A stretch of DNA of 63,864 bases, the filler included, from Bigelowiella natans CCMP2755 (Eukaryota > Protista > Cercozoa): the NCBI GenBank assembly GCA_000320545.1. It is 9 parts of 9 records of this genome, joined end to end, with 100 filler letters (N's around TTAATTAATTAA, not from the genome) between each part and the next. Parts side by side here need not be neighbours in the genome. Positions count along the whole stretch, not along the records: positions 20,907 to 30,923 come from ADNK01000700.1; positions 31,024 to 40,646 come from ADNK01002069.1; positions 40,747 to 49,102 come from ADNK01001244.1; 6 more parts are not named here. One strand, given 5' to 3'. Shown here in pieces: positions 23,794-41,180 of the stretch. The notes under the pieces are model-generated. The model was not told where the DNA came from. It made no database searches and worked only from the letters and a program-made list of their open reading frames with translations. Positions within the stretch are counted from its first letter, which is position 1. The number at the start of each line of letters is the position of its first letter. A program made the position numbers and the translations under genes.

Positions 23794-24804
23794 GGTAAGT
23801 GACAGGAGTTCTCTATCGATGGAGTGCTTGCAATGCAGGGAAGGGGGGGAAGGGGGAGGGAGGGAGGAGGGGGTTAAGAAGCAACAAGTATATTTGATCT
23901 CACGCGGCAGGGAGCGTCTTGTCGAGCGTTCTTAGTAAGCAAGACTCGGGTAGATGTATTAGCGTATCCCCTGCTTCAGCATCACGAGCAGCGACCAGTC
24001 CCTTTCCTTCGGCTGAAAACGCGGCTTCTCCAATCCTGAGGCAGGCGTAGCGTAGAGGGGGGTGGGGAATGGGGGATGGGGTTGTTTTGGGGGCATATAT
24101 GCATGGGATGGGCCGGCCTCCTCTTGGAGCAAGTGGTGTTATTGTTGTTGTTGTTGTTGTTGTTGTTGTTCGTGTTGTTGCTCTGCCTCACTGCACGACC
24201 TGACTCCTTTAGTAAATCCCCGTTGGTCCTCCAACCAGCGCATCAAGCGCTCTAGCTTCACGCAGCGCACCGTGGGAGCGAGGTGCCGAGAGTACACCTT
24301 TGTGGATACGATAACGGACGGTATGCTGCTGCTGCTGCTGCTGCTGCTGGAGGTGGTGGTGGTGATGATAATGAAGATTGATGATGATGGGGAATTTGGA
24401 CGCCCAACATCCCAAACTGAGGCAATAATGCCAGGATTCAACTGCTACTAAAAGGAGACTGTTGCTCGTAACGATTGGACCGAACAGGTCCATAAGTGGG
24501 ATGTGTTTCTCAATGGCGTGAATAAGCTACTTCTTCTTCTACTACTACTACTACTACTACTACTACCTGAACAAACTTCCTTTTCTCCCTCCAATGCTTG
24601 GTGTCGACGAGCTGTACCGTGATTCTTGGGAGTTAGGGATGGGGGGGCAGAATTAACGAGATATTTTCTATGCGCCATGGTGACCAAAATCATCAAGTAT
24701 TCATCCGAAATCAACGGCGACCAATGTTCTGCGACTAGGATCAGCATCGTCGATATACACCCAATATATACACTAGTGTGCTTGTGCATGTGCATGTGCA
24801 TGTG

Positions 24805-24843
<39 letters not shown>

Positions 24844-25959
24844 AATTAATATTGCTACCTCCCTTCAGCATTCTTTCCCCTTACAACGACCGCTCCCATC
24901 GAATTGAGATCTGCTCGTTTTTTCAGCCCCGTTATGACGCCATAGTCGCCGCGTCTCCACTCTCGTTCCTCCTTGTTTCGAGTGCTAAAAGTACGTAAGG
25001 TGAGATATTTGTACTAAATAGTCGAAAAAAAAATTGAAAGATTCTTGTCAGCTTATGATCCGTATTCTTATGTGTCTTGAGGTTGAAATCCGCAAGACGA
25101 AACAAATTTTCTCGCCGTATCAGCTCTTAGCCTCCTAAAAGCAGGGCGTCCTAAACTCCCCATTACTCTTGCAAAAACGCACGCGCCAAACCTTTGCGGC
25201 GCAACTTTCGTGGCGCCTTCAATCCAGTCGCCCCAGCTGTCCCATTCAAACTCGCCCTATGTACAAGTCGTAACCGCGTCGTAGAAACTTCACACTATGA
25301 AATGGGATCAGGGAGAGCGCAGTGCGCTTACAATAACGGATAATGGATGAAATCTGCCAAAAATTGTGGCATGATAGGCAGTAGGGTAGATTTTCGCAAT
25401 GCTCTGTGCAGAATAATATCGGAGTATGTGCGGCTTATGTTTTCTCTTTACACTATCAGTTCGGTTCTGGATTTCTTCTCTAAACTTTTGTGTCGAGTCC
25501 CGCATCAAACGTTGTTGCCGGATTAACTCGCGCCGGGCCTCTCGAGCTTTATGGGTATTAAGATGGTGGAGAAAGTTGGTATTTAATTAGACACTATTAT
25601 GATACAGGGCAAAAGTTCATAACTCCGACCTATAGCCTCAATTCGAGGGTCAAGTAGTTCATCCCGAGTAACCAAGACTTGCAGTAAGTTAGAATTTTTG
25701 CGTGACCTATGGATTCTGCCGTTGATGACTCTCTGAAATAAGACATAATTCAGATTCGATGGCACTTCAATTGTTGAAAGCAATGTACTCTCTGTCCGTA
25801 GATTGAATTCCTCTCCGGCCGAGGATGTCCCCAGTGCGCTCTCCTCCCTTGATACATTGTGAATCGCTTGAGAGGATGCCTAAATACTGCCGAAGAGTGA
25901 CTGCTATCCGTCCACAAGGCCACCAAAGCCAGGAAGAGAGCGACCCGGGTGAAGGCCAT
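21370..25959 (-). CDS. SET-domain lysine methyltransferase of the Rubisco-LSMT/SETD3 class, probably plastid-targeted; 3' end approximate
   Basis: Exons in the expected order: LERLMRWLEDQRG; EGKGLVAARDAEAGDTLIHLP; LRWGAATATSRTL; FGPLIDLCRHS; FTPNAEVQLENGYLTLLATKDIAE; GEPVYINYGNEKNDKYLLNYG; FVPEENPHE. Candidate first exon MAFTRVALFLALVALWTDSSHS followed by an R-rich stretch; its link to the SET exons is inferred. Confidence 0.82.
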
Positions 25960-26335
25960 TGTGGCGAGCACCCTTGGCAGAACCAAATTTCTTTTTTTTG
26001 GAGACTGGATTCTTGGTTCTTTTAGAGTTTGTATTCAGATGTCGCGCACTTTAAATACAGGCTATTTTGTTATATACGACATCAAATGGAAATTTGTCGC
26101 TATATTAATTTCCTCGGATGTTTCTCGCTGTTTTTGGGAGGATTTCCTGTCGCACTTGTATACTCAGAATCCAGTGTGCCTACAAAAGGCACATCGATCA
26201 GTTCATGGGAACCAGCCTGCTGAGACCTCTTGTCTGGGATTTGACCAGAAATTTGGTCAAGATTCGAAGAGGTCCGAACTGTCAAAACTGCTGACTTGGG
26301 AGGCGCATTAGCACATCGCACAAAACCCCTAGAAA

Positions 26336-27501
26336 ATGCTGTTACATGTGGCAGCAGCGATATGCCTTTCAATGGCAGCTGCGAGATCACCGCCGAAGGA
26401 ATTCTTTGGTGCAAGCGCGGAAGGAATCGACTTGGAGGTCTGGAAAATAGGAAAGATAGGAATTTTGTGTAGGGCCAGAAATTTGTATAGTGCCAGAGCA
26501 CGATGCAAATATTTATTGGACCACGTCTAAACATTGCCTGATTGCTCATGCTCTCCGCTGAGGGAATTGCCGTGCGGCTTACTCTGGGACCCAATGGCGC
26601 AGAAATCTCGAAGAATATTAGCTATTCTTATGCAGGGGATGCAAGCTCGTCCTTTGTCCTGTCCAATGGTTCCATCTTGGCATACTCCCTTGTCGAGTAT
26701 GATACTGGCTATTTCACGTTATTCGATGATAAAATACGCAAAGCCAATCGTATCACCTCCGTAGATCGGACTACAAGCGGCTTTCCAGGTGCAGTCCATT
26801 GTTACAGTCAGGATGTTTCGGCTACGCCACGCCTCAGCAGAAACGTGCAGGGAACCGTTCAGAAGGAGAAACGATAGCCCACCATCCCGTCGAGAACAGG
26901 CTTGTGAAGATTGATCCAAAAAATGGCATTGGTCACGTTATTCTTGACCTTAGCCACAAAATACGTGGGCTACACACTCGATGCATCAACAATCGACACC
27001 CAGAAAGACTTATATCACGCTGTGCTTGTAAACTTCAGCTCCTCTGCGATTCATTCACGAATAAAAAGCTTCCCTCATCGTGAATCGAGGCGATCTGAAA
27101 TGCTATCCGACCAGTCCCTTGTTACCATCAACTTAAGGGAACATAAAATTGTGGGGGCTGTTGGTGTTGATGGCTCTTTTTCAGGCCCATTAGTCGTTGA
27201 CAATGTGCACGGATTGTTAACCTTTGGGAGCGAAACAGGATGTGCAATTGCCTCTGTCGACTGGAAGACGGGCAAACAAACATGTCTCATCGCCCCTTCA
27301 GGGTTTTATGGCTTGCCGATGCCCATCGGTGGAGGTGTTGTTGCCTCCGATGGGTTCGTTTCCATCTCGCAGATCGAGCCTCCGTACCATTACTCGCTGA
27401 TCCAGGTAGACCTGGGCGTCAACAAATCGGCGCCTGCGGCACGTGTCATCAGAAACACCACGATGCCAATAGCGTTGACTGCGCTTTCGATCTTAAAATA
27501 G
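26336..27501 (+). CDS. Secreted beta-propeller-like protein with an apparent 1-nt frameshift at 26958-26961
   Basis: Signal peptide MLLHVAAAICLSMAAA, a GT-AG intron to 26560, and blade-like motifs RLVKIDPKNG, SLVTINLREH, IASVDWKTGK, SLIQVDLG. Confidence 0.6.
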
Positions 27502-28287
27502 TGAAATAAAGCTAACTAGCGGCTCCAGGGCATGCAAGACTACTTGGATCTGCTACTGCTAGAATGCTGGGGACGGCGGCGTGGATGGACTTTTTTTAAA
27601 TGAACACGAATGCCATGAGCTTAAATATAGTCGACGACACGACGACCTGTTGAGGCGTTTATCAGTCTTTCGAAATATTTGGCATCACAATTGTTCAAGT
27701 ACATCTTCACTACTTATTAAAAATTTCCGCTGTTCTCACTCCATGCACGCACACTGCTAGCTAGCTAGGCCCGCACGCATGCTCATCATGCTGCTACATG
27801 CTAGCATGTATATATATATATATAGATGCTCTGATGGATGTGCGCGTGTGTATTATTAGTGTAATCAGTAATGCGTAGTACTTCTTTGCACGTCTTAGCG
27901 GCGGCGTGTGCTATAATGTGCATTACTAGGTTCTCTTGCAGGGTGTCATACATTATTTGTGCCATGCATGCCCCTTCAATGCACACTTCAAACCGCAATA
28001 ATGAAGCTTATGCTTGCTGTAACAAATTTGTCATTCATTGATAGAATAAGCCCTGTGCGTGTCATATTTCCTTGGTGTGCATAATTATCAATGCAAAAGA
28101 CTCGTCATGTACTTCGATTCTAGCGGAATGTAATTTTTATGCCTCACTTTTCACTTCCCATATATCGAATTGCCAATATTCGGCGATAACTAGTCGTGCG
28201 AATGGCTACTGTTATAAGGAAAACGGAAAGAGGCCCTGATTGTTTATGTAGCGTATCGAAGCCACCTCATATTCTCAATGATTACTT

Positions 28288-29094
28288 TTAGTAGAATTTC
28301 TCCTGTTTGAGGTCCCGTCCCATGATGCTTGCCAACGCCTCTTTGGGCTTGACTGATCATAGCGTTTATGCATGAGGGAGGAAATGAATGGACAGAGATT
28401 GGGGTGTAGGCTTACTTGTATGTACTTATCCGCCCCCCCCCCTTCTCTCCTCTCTATCTCTCTTTCTCAATTGCATGGATCTTGCGCGTCATAAGAATTG
28501 ATAAGAAATAACATTTCACTGCCCCTTTGACACAATAACTATCATCATCATCGTCATCATCATGATCATCCTTCTCGCTGAAGTATTACGTTTTCCGCTA
28601 ATAATAGCATCTACAGCCCGAAACAGAGGAAGCTCGAGCTTCAGCTTTTCTGCCAGCATAATGACCTATAAAGCAGTAGCAGTGGTAGTAGCATTATATT
28701 AGCAGAGCAGCACTCGCATCGTCAGTGGGAACAAATCTCGCCGCAGATCTTTGCAGTTTGCATTTATCGTGATTACGCAAACAACAGATGATGGTGTTCC
28801 TTCCTTCTGACACAACTGTGACCGTTGCACTGCTACTGCCGCTACTACCTCATGAGCAGTCGGCACGCCTTCTACCACTTCCCCGATCTCCTGGAAAGCC
28901 TCTTCGATCTGATGAGACGATGACACAAACGCATCATAACGTGGAAGCAAAAATATTTGTATTTGCAGTATTTGTGGTAGTAGTGGTAGTAGTAGTAGTT
29001 ATGTCTCTAAAGCTATAGGAAGAGCTGCTTGGTTATTTTTGTTATCATTTACATACTACGTCAATAATTCTTCGATCTGCATCATTGTATGACT

Positions 29095-29142
<48 letters not shown>

Positions 29143-29263
29143 TTGTTTGTGTGTGTGGGCGGGGGGGGATGGGATCTCTGCACGTTGTGTACCGTTTTCC
29201 CCTTTGCCAGAGCTTTGCCTACGATATGAGGGTGTGAGATAGACAAAAGACACACACACACAC

Positions 29264-29301
<38 letters not shown>

Positions 29302-29659
29302 TTGTACACGAATATGCACAGCTACACCACAACTATTACAATCACTACCGCATCTGTTGTTTCGCGACAGCGAAGAGAAGCACGTCAGCATTAGATCGCC
29401 CACACCGCTCAAACCGGCGAGTGTCTGCAGAGATAACAGTGCACTCTTCTTATGCACGGCCACATCGCGATTGCTCATGCCGAATAAATCTGGGAGGGAA
29501 GTGAATCTCTCCACAGCAAAAATAAATTTTACGAAGACTATACGACAGAGGCGATTAACTTCTCGCCCCCTTGACACGAGACCCGTCTATCCAGGAGATG
29601 TGAAACAGGCTTTTCCAATTTGGGATTTTCTCTCTTTCCCCTCCCTCTCCATCCCCCTC

Positions 29660-29697
<38 letters not shown>

Positions 29698-29887
29698 TCT
29701 CCCCATCTTCCGGCGATTTGTTGATGATGGTTTCTTCCTCCTTCATGGGAGAACCGGCTTATGTGCTGGCAGCATCGATATGGGAAATCAAGACGATGCG
29801 AGGCTGCTTTCTACGCTTCGCTTCTATACCTCCGGTTTGCCACCGAGAGCGGTGGCTAATTGCCTCATTTCCCGACACCCTGTCCAA

Positions 29888-29923
<36 letters not shown>

Positions 29924-30002
29924 AATCGGGCAACATGCATACACCCACAAACGTGAAAAACAGTAAATTAGCTGGTCATATATAGGAGCGATATAATGTT
30001 CG

Positions 30003-30038
<36 letters not shown>

Positions 30039-30600
30039 TGTGTGAGTGTGAGTCGACATTATTGCTTACCTCTCGTCACGAGTCCTGCGATGGTGCTTTG
30101 GCCAAATCCGAGCCCTTGAGCCATACCCTACAGCAGTAGCAGCAGTCAATAACAACAACTCGAAGATAAAAGGAGGGAGGGGGAGAGGGAGAGAGGGAAA
30201 GCTGTAGCAGTGGGGCATCAACACTCCCCCGCCTTGCCCATCCCCCTCCCTCCCTCCCTGAACTGGATTTGCCGACGACTCTTCCATGGAGCGGTATTCG
30301 AATAGGACACAAAGACACATACACACTACCGCGCCAATAGCCAAGGGGTTCTTCAGAGCACCCCCCACCTCCACTCCAACGACATCTTCGGACGCGTACA
30401 CTCGGAACCTCATGGAAGAAAGCACTAGGAAGGAAATTGGGGGGGGGGGGGGGGGGGAAAAGGGGGGGGAAAGGAGGGGGGGGGGGGGTTGGGACCCAAT
30501 TTTGTCTTTATCAGTGGGTTTGTTACTGATTATGGTTGGGGACTACATTATTTTCCTTTTAGGTGTTATTTACCTTTCTGAGCCCGTTCTGCATCCAATA
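28288..30600 (-). CDS. gpsA: NAD(P)H-dependent glycerol-3-phosphate dehydrogenase (bacterial GpsA / plant GLY1 type), C-terminal half; 5' part lost at the gap
   Basis: FRVYASEDVVGVEVGGALKNPLAIGA|GMAQGLGFGQSTIAGLVTRG|CREMRQLATALGGKPE|TLAGLSGVGDLMLTCFSSLSRNNRCG|...IGEVVEGVPTAHE|...LELPLFRAVDAIISGK|...DLKQEKFY*. Confidence 0.93.
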
Positions 30601-31231
30601 TCTTATTTGCCGGCAACTGATAATGAGTGGGAAATGGAAAAGGAGGAAGTCAAAAACTTTTTCCTTTGACATGCTCTATCTCTCTTCGAATGCCTTGAGG
30701 AGGAGCCCCAAACTCAGGGGAAGTAATTAGTCACCGACATCGTTACTCTCTCCCGGCACGTTGCCCAATGTTCTTTATAGTCTCCATCAGAATCGGGAGC
30801 TGATGGATAGCTGTTGCTCTGTTCTGTGATTGTTTTTGCTATGTGTAGGTGGACTATGGGCTCACATCATCAAGATGTGTTTGGGCTGCATGCAATGGGA
30901 ACTGTGTAGCTTCTGAGTGGGATNNNNNNNNNNNNNNNNNNNNNNNNNNNNNNNNNNNNNNNNNNNNTTAATTAATTAANNNNNNNNNNNNNNNNNNNNN
31001 NNNNNNNNNNNNNNNNNNNNNNNAAAAGAACGATGAGGTAAAGTAATCAATATTACCATTCTAACACAACACAACACAGTGGCTGAGAGTCGCAGAAATA
31101 ACTGTAAACACGTTGCGGCAGCAATCACCATCAACCTCATCGCAGCAGCAAGGAGGAGGAGGAGGAGGAGTGGCGGAGAGAAGGCGAGATGCAAAAAAAA
31201 AAAAAGCATGCTCTGCTACTACTTACTACTT

Positions 31232-32628
31232 CTACCTAGGAAGGCATAGCAGTGAGGATGGTGAAGCGATCCGCCGGCTGAGTAGAAATCCTCTGTCTCC
31301 AGGTTCCACGATTCGTCCTGCTGACGGTAGAACTAGCTTCTTTGTTTGATGTTTGGCCTTATGAATCCTTTGGGTCCTCTCTCCCTCGGTTGCAAACTTT
31401 CGGTACATCGCCAAGAATGCGCCGTGGATATTAGCGTTTGACGTGTTCTTCTCCATATCAACAAAGTCGTCTCGCCTGAGGCCACGGACGGGGTCCACCC
31501 CCATCCTCATACAAATCGATCGGTACTTCTCGACTGGAAGCGGCTTGGCGATCATGGAGGAGGGCTGGCAGTTGAAGTAGTGCTGCAGCTTTTCCCGTTT
31601 GACGACGTCGTCGTCCGCGAGCCAAAGGAACAGTAGCTTGCGAAAGGGGAGGAGGTTATGCATAAGTATACAGATAGACGTGTGTGGGGATATGTGTGAA
31701 TATGTCTGTGCTGTGTGTGTGTGTGTGTCTGTGTGTGCAAAGTCGGAAAACGACGCAAAATTTGTCCACATTAAGACACACAATACACACACAAGTGCTC
31801 AGTCAACAAGCATTCTAGAAATCCCCCCCCCCCCCCCCCACTCTGGGCCAGAAGGCTGTTGTTGGCTCGGTAAAATGACTACTACTACTACTAATGCTGC
31901 TGCTGCCGCCTATAGTACCTGTAATTTGTCCATTTTTCCCTTGTCAGGATGGACGGAAAGATAATCCATATGCACCTACTCACCAGATTATAATAGATGT
32001 TCAAACATCATCACTGCGCGCATACGCACACACACACACACACACGCGCGCGCGTATCTAGACACAAATATACATTTGCATTGCACCCGAGGGAAAACAT
32101 CAAGTGAAAATGACAATTCAAATCACATCGATGATAACAAACAACAGAACAATCAACTAGGGACTAAGCCGAATGAAGTCCTGCCATACCTGGGCGGCTG
32201 GGAGACATCGATTCAATTTTTTGAAAATCTGTTGTAGCGGGGGATCGGTTTCAATCGTAGCATCAGCTGAGAAACGCAGGGGGGGGGGGGGGGGAGGGGG
32301 GAAAAGGGGGAAAAGGGGGCCGTTTTCCGTTCGGGTGTGGAAGGATTTCGAAGGCTCAGCCCAGTGCTGGGGCGCATTCAAGGCCTTTTCAAAAAGAAAT
32401 GTAATCGGGGGGAGGAATTTTTTGCCCCCCCGTCCCTCCCAAGTAATTACCCCTCGCCTTGAAAGTGAACGAATCATCCTCCTGCATGTTTTGTGGAGGC
32501 CCGAGGTAATTATCGTTTATTGGAAGGTAGGTAAATATGATAGCGCACATACTCGCCGTGCTACTACTATACTGCAGACCTTCTTCTAATATGCCCCCGA
32601 GGGGGCAAAGGTGAGGGGGATAAAAGAG

Positions 32629-32669
<41 letters not shown>

Positions 32670-32975
32670 AAGAATAATAAAATTTATGTAACATGGATAT
32701 GTGTGTGGATATTCTTACCGCAAAGAGCGAGAAGATCTCGGCCGTCCAACTAATTATGAATGAGATCTCAAGAACAAATGCCAACGACGCGCGAAACAAC
32801 ACCTAACTCCAAACATGGCAATCCCGCTAGCTAACCCCTGGCCCGCCCGCCCCGCCGTGCCACTTTCGAATGTTGTTCCCAGAAATGACCTGTCGACATT
32901 CTTAACTTCCCTGGAGCCTGCTTTGTGGGCATCACCCTGGGGCATGGATGGAGATGGCTTCGTCGGCAAGCTCAT
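31232..32975 (-). CDS. Multi-exon gene of unknown function; possibly the 5' extension of the GPDH gene across the gap
   Basis: ATG at 32975 (MSLPTKPSPS), then spliceable exons DATIETDPPLQQIFKKLNRCLPAAQ, VHMDYLSVHPDKGKMDKLQ and LLFLWLADDDVVKREKLQHYF... Confidence 0.55.
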
Positions 32976-33804
32976 CTGCTGTATGATGTTCTGTCTCTAC
33001 TCCCTTGTCTTCACTGCTTAAATTTTTCCCTTAACAGAAGCGCTATTCGAAGGGCTTTCATCTGCTGTAGAAATGGCCGTCTTCGCCAAACGTGGAGCAG
33101 CGCGAAGGCCGTTCTTCCAGATCATGCCCCCTCCCTCAAACTCAATGTGTCGATGTGACTTCCGAGACAGAAGGCTTTGGTGGAATTAACCCCCGTTACT
33201 AACGGGGATTTTCTGACATCCTCTCTTTACTACCGGGATTTCCAGGTGTTTTTGCAACGTGATGGGCAGTGAAGATGTACGGCGACAACGCTTTGGACGA
33301 GACGTACTCAACTTTCATCTTGAATGCGTGAGAGGTGGCTTTGCGTCCGCAGATTCTTTCAAGATGAATTTCTCGGTGTAAAACTTGCATGGGGTGCTTT
33401 CCCTGCGACATGACTCTTTGCTTTCATCACTAGAAATTCCCCTCTACAGATGCCGCTAAATTATCTCGAAAACAGGCTCCTGACAGTGCGGTCTTCGGAG
33501 CTTTAAAAAAAGAAAGCCTTCTGAAAATATAAATAATGTCGTACATATATCCTAAGATCTACCCTTTTACTGAAGTCGTAGATAAAAAATAACAAACAAT
33601 TTTAATAAAATATGTTTTTAGTAAGGGACAAATTACTCTTAACACAAATCAAACCATCAGATCTGCAAGGTAACCATTTAAGCTTGCCCGCCCCTTGCCT
33701 GATTCGATCTGGATACCCAATTGTAAAATCAAACGTTATACATGCATTAATACTTCTATTTATTTTCAGAAAGGATCGTAAGGAGGTTTCGCAATTAGGC
33801 AACG

Positions 33805-35073
33805 ATGAAAGCGTATCGAAAGATCCAAAACAAAAAACCGGAGGGAGAGATTAAGGAAGATGAGATCAGGATCATGGCAGGACCTCGGGGCAATAATCGA
33901 GGATATATCAACTACGCACTTAAGAAGCTTGGACACCTACCACCGGAGTCAAAGAAGGACGGTGAAGGGGAAGCTGAAGCTGAAGGAAAGGAGCAGCCGG
34001 AGGAAACTCCACTGCGTGCTGTGACTTTCCGTGCAATGGGGCAGGCGATTAATACAACTGTAGACGTTGTGGAGTTCGTGAAACGAACTATCCCGGGACT
34101 GCATCAAATTAACGAAATAAGCTCGTCTGAAATTACGGATGTTTACGAGCCAATCTACGAGGGCCTAAGAACGTACCTCCCCACGCTGAAATAACCCCTC
34201 CTGCACGCGACCTTCTAGTACTCAGTCACCCCATTTTTTTTTTTCCAGAGTGAAAGTAACACGGAGGGTGGCAAGGATTGAAATAACCCTGTCGAAAGAC
34301 CAGCCTGCGGACACAAGCCACGTGGGGTAAGACCCCATAAAAGATCGATCGAGAAATTTGTATTACAGAGACACGTTGGCTATGAAAATTTAGGTATCAG
34401 CCGCCAAAAACAGCAGAAGAGATTTTAGCCGAGGAGAAAATAATTAAAGAGGCCAAAGAGGCCGCTAGGGAATCTAAGAAGTCACGACGCAAAAAACGTC
34501 GCAGCCGCCGCAGTAGTAAACGCCGCAGTCGCCGCAATAGTAAACGCCGCAATAGCAAGCGAAGGAATCAACAGAACGATGCTCCCGAGCAGAGTAATGA
34601 AGAAGAGCAACTCAACTCTGAAGAGGGTACGCACTACCATCCTTAACCTTGTCTTCGAGGGATGAATCCTGAAAGATAACTCTATACCGTAAGACCCACA
34701 GACTAATACTGTAGCGTTGTTATTCACATCATCATTAGGGGCAGAGGATGGCAAACAACGAGGTCGTGGCCGCGGAAGACGAGGACGTGGACGGCGTAGG
34801 CGTAGCCGTGGACGACGCAAGGCCAAGGGCAAGGGCCCTGCTGCGGATGAAGGCACAGCGGATCCGGATGAGGGTAAAACCGCATCTCCAGCTGAAGGCG
34901 AAGCGGGGGGGCGAGGCGGCCGAGGTGGCGGTAGGCGCGGAAGGGGCCGCAGCAAGCGCAAGGGGAGAAGAGGTAGAGGAAGAGGTCGTGGCAGAGGCCG
35001 AGGAGGAGGTAGAAATGGAGCTCCTCCCAGATTCTCCGAGGACGAGGTGGCAGCGATTCCGCATTTAGATTAA
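33805..35073 (+). CDS. Alba-domain (RPP25/Mdp2-like) RNA-binding protein with an RS/RGG-rich tail; 4 exons
   Basis: EDEIRI...YINYA...FRAMGQAINTTVDVVEFVKRTIPGLHQ...DVYEPIYEGL|TVKVTRRVARIEITLSK...G|YQPP, followed by RGRGR repeats. Confidence 0.92.
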
Positions 35074-35789
35074 CTGCCGCCAGGGAAGAGGAAACGGCGA
35101 GCATTGTTTGTTGTTGTGTCGTTGTTGTTGAGACCGGCATGACTGATGATCGAGGGAACTCATGTAAAAACCTTAAGAAAAAAAACCGGGTTCAGAAGTA
35201 GGAGAACAAAAGAAGGTATCGTAGGAGCGCTGAGCTCACGCATTGCTTTCGGGTGCAGGTGCTGCTAATTACATCTGTCTCGCATGCATTGTTGGGTGCG
35301 TGTCGTATGCGATAATCATCTTGCAGCTACTAGCAGACACACCCATGTGCAATGATGTGATTAATAAATCATTCCAATGTATAGTTATGTCTACGTACGC
35401 TATAGCACACCTACGCACTTAGCTACGTGCGCTGTGTAGTCGTGCTGTTAAGCCATATACATCTGCGCAAATTGTCAATGGAAGCTGGCGTGTACATCTA
35501 GCTAGACATCTCTAGATCTGCAGACATATCTAGATTTGTATGCGTATTAGACACACACACGACATCTAGACATCGCATACGCGCGCTGCCCAGTAACTTA
35601 ATCATTGCATGCTTATTGCATGCTGCTTCATGGAATCGAATAGCATGCTAGCATGTACCCCGCTAGCACGTGCTCTTCGATTCGATATATCAGTCGTCCC
35701 ATGAAATTACGATGCGACATCTGCTACATAGTTCTAAGTGTGGGACTTCAGCTAGCTGTAGAGATCTCGTGTTATTAACTGCAGCTGCT

Positions 35790-38205
<2,416 letters not shown>

Positions 38206-39390
38206 CGCGCAGCTTTTTCTATCCTTTCCCCCCCCTCTCTCAGCACTCCTTTCACTCTGTCAGAGTCCTCACTTCCCAATGCCCGATATTTTAGGAGAAA
38301 AACGAGAAATGCAGGATAATTGTACATGCGCGACATCAAAATAGCAACCAATCATGAGCGAGTCCTTTCTGCTTTGTTGTTAGAGTGTTGGGAAATATGG
38401 GCTAGTTTTTATACTAGAAACTTCTTGATATAATTTCATCAAAAAAATTATGGAGGTAAAACTTAATTTTGTTGTCGCTTGAACACACGTCGCTTTCGGA
38501 ACAACCTAGACTGGAATGGAACCCAGCTCCTCATGTACTCACAACGGATCGTAAAGAGCATGACATGATGCCTTGGCAGACCTGGCGATTCAAACAGTCA
38601 TCATGATTCACCAGAAAAATCTGAAGGGCTAGTTGTGCGGTTGTGGATCTAGCTCATGAATGTCTCACGCTGGGATTTGCATGCATGTTAGCTCTAGAAT
38701 CACTGCGGGCATCCATTTAGGTTTTCAGCCAACAACAAAAGCAGGAAACCAATTCTGCACCATAGCTCTCATCCGTAGTTTGATAATATGAAGTTGGCTT
38801 TAATTTAGGCATGGACGACTTAGTCTTTGAGCACACGTACATATACATGCCAGCATGCACCAGCAACAAGCGTAGCATGCTGCAGAAGTTGCAACAAAGT
38901 CATAAAGTTGTCATGCATGCAGCATGTGCCAACCGGCGCGCATCAACGCAGCATGCACAGCATGTATGTGCACATTATTTAGATCATCAATCCGTGCTGA
39001 ATTGCACGTTAATAAGACGTACATGCGACGGACGTACGAGGCAGTCTAGCAGTGCTATGCAAGCTACGATGAGGTGCTCATCTCATTCCTTATAGAACAT
39101 CAGATTTGTGATCATATTAGCGACGATGCTTCAGCAATCATGTTCTATATATGCAAGCGTTGATAAACCTCAGCAACAAACACAACCTATAGCTATATAC
39201 ATATTATAAAGTATTTACTCTAGATGCTGTGTCATTGTGCAATGTAAGATTTGTCATTTCCCCTCTTCTGTATTTCTGCGATGCATCGCCCATAGCCGCC
39301 CGGAGTTATGTCGCTGGAAGTGATATTCAACGTAATCATTTGTAATTTCTTTGGTTGCTCACTACTACTTTATGGAAAAGCTGCACACTG

Positions 39391-40646
<1,256 letters not shown>

Positions 40647-40754
40647 NNNNNNNNNNNNNNNNNNNNNNNNNNNNNNNNNNNNNNNNNNNNTTAATTAATT
40701 AANNNNNNNNNNNNNNNNNNNNNNNNNNNNNNNNNNNNNNNNNNNNACGTACTA

Positions 40755-40871
<117 letters not shown>

Positions 40872-41180
40872 TTGTCATAGTCCTTATTATCTTCATTCTA
40901 TAAGGCTCCGAAAGGCCATTCTACCTCAATCTTCAATTCTTATTGGCACCTCTCGTTGGACTCGTAATCTTGATCTGCTTCGTTTTCGAGGATATTTGTT
41001 TGCCTGAGGGTAGATAAGAACTTATACGTATTCATACTAATTTATAATAGTCTCTTCATGTATTGATGTACTAACACATACGCTTACATGTACGTTCAAT
41101 CCCATTCCTCAGTACATGACACACATATACTTCCGTGAACAAAACTCATTGGAACGAAGCGCAAAAGTTTGATGTAAAGA

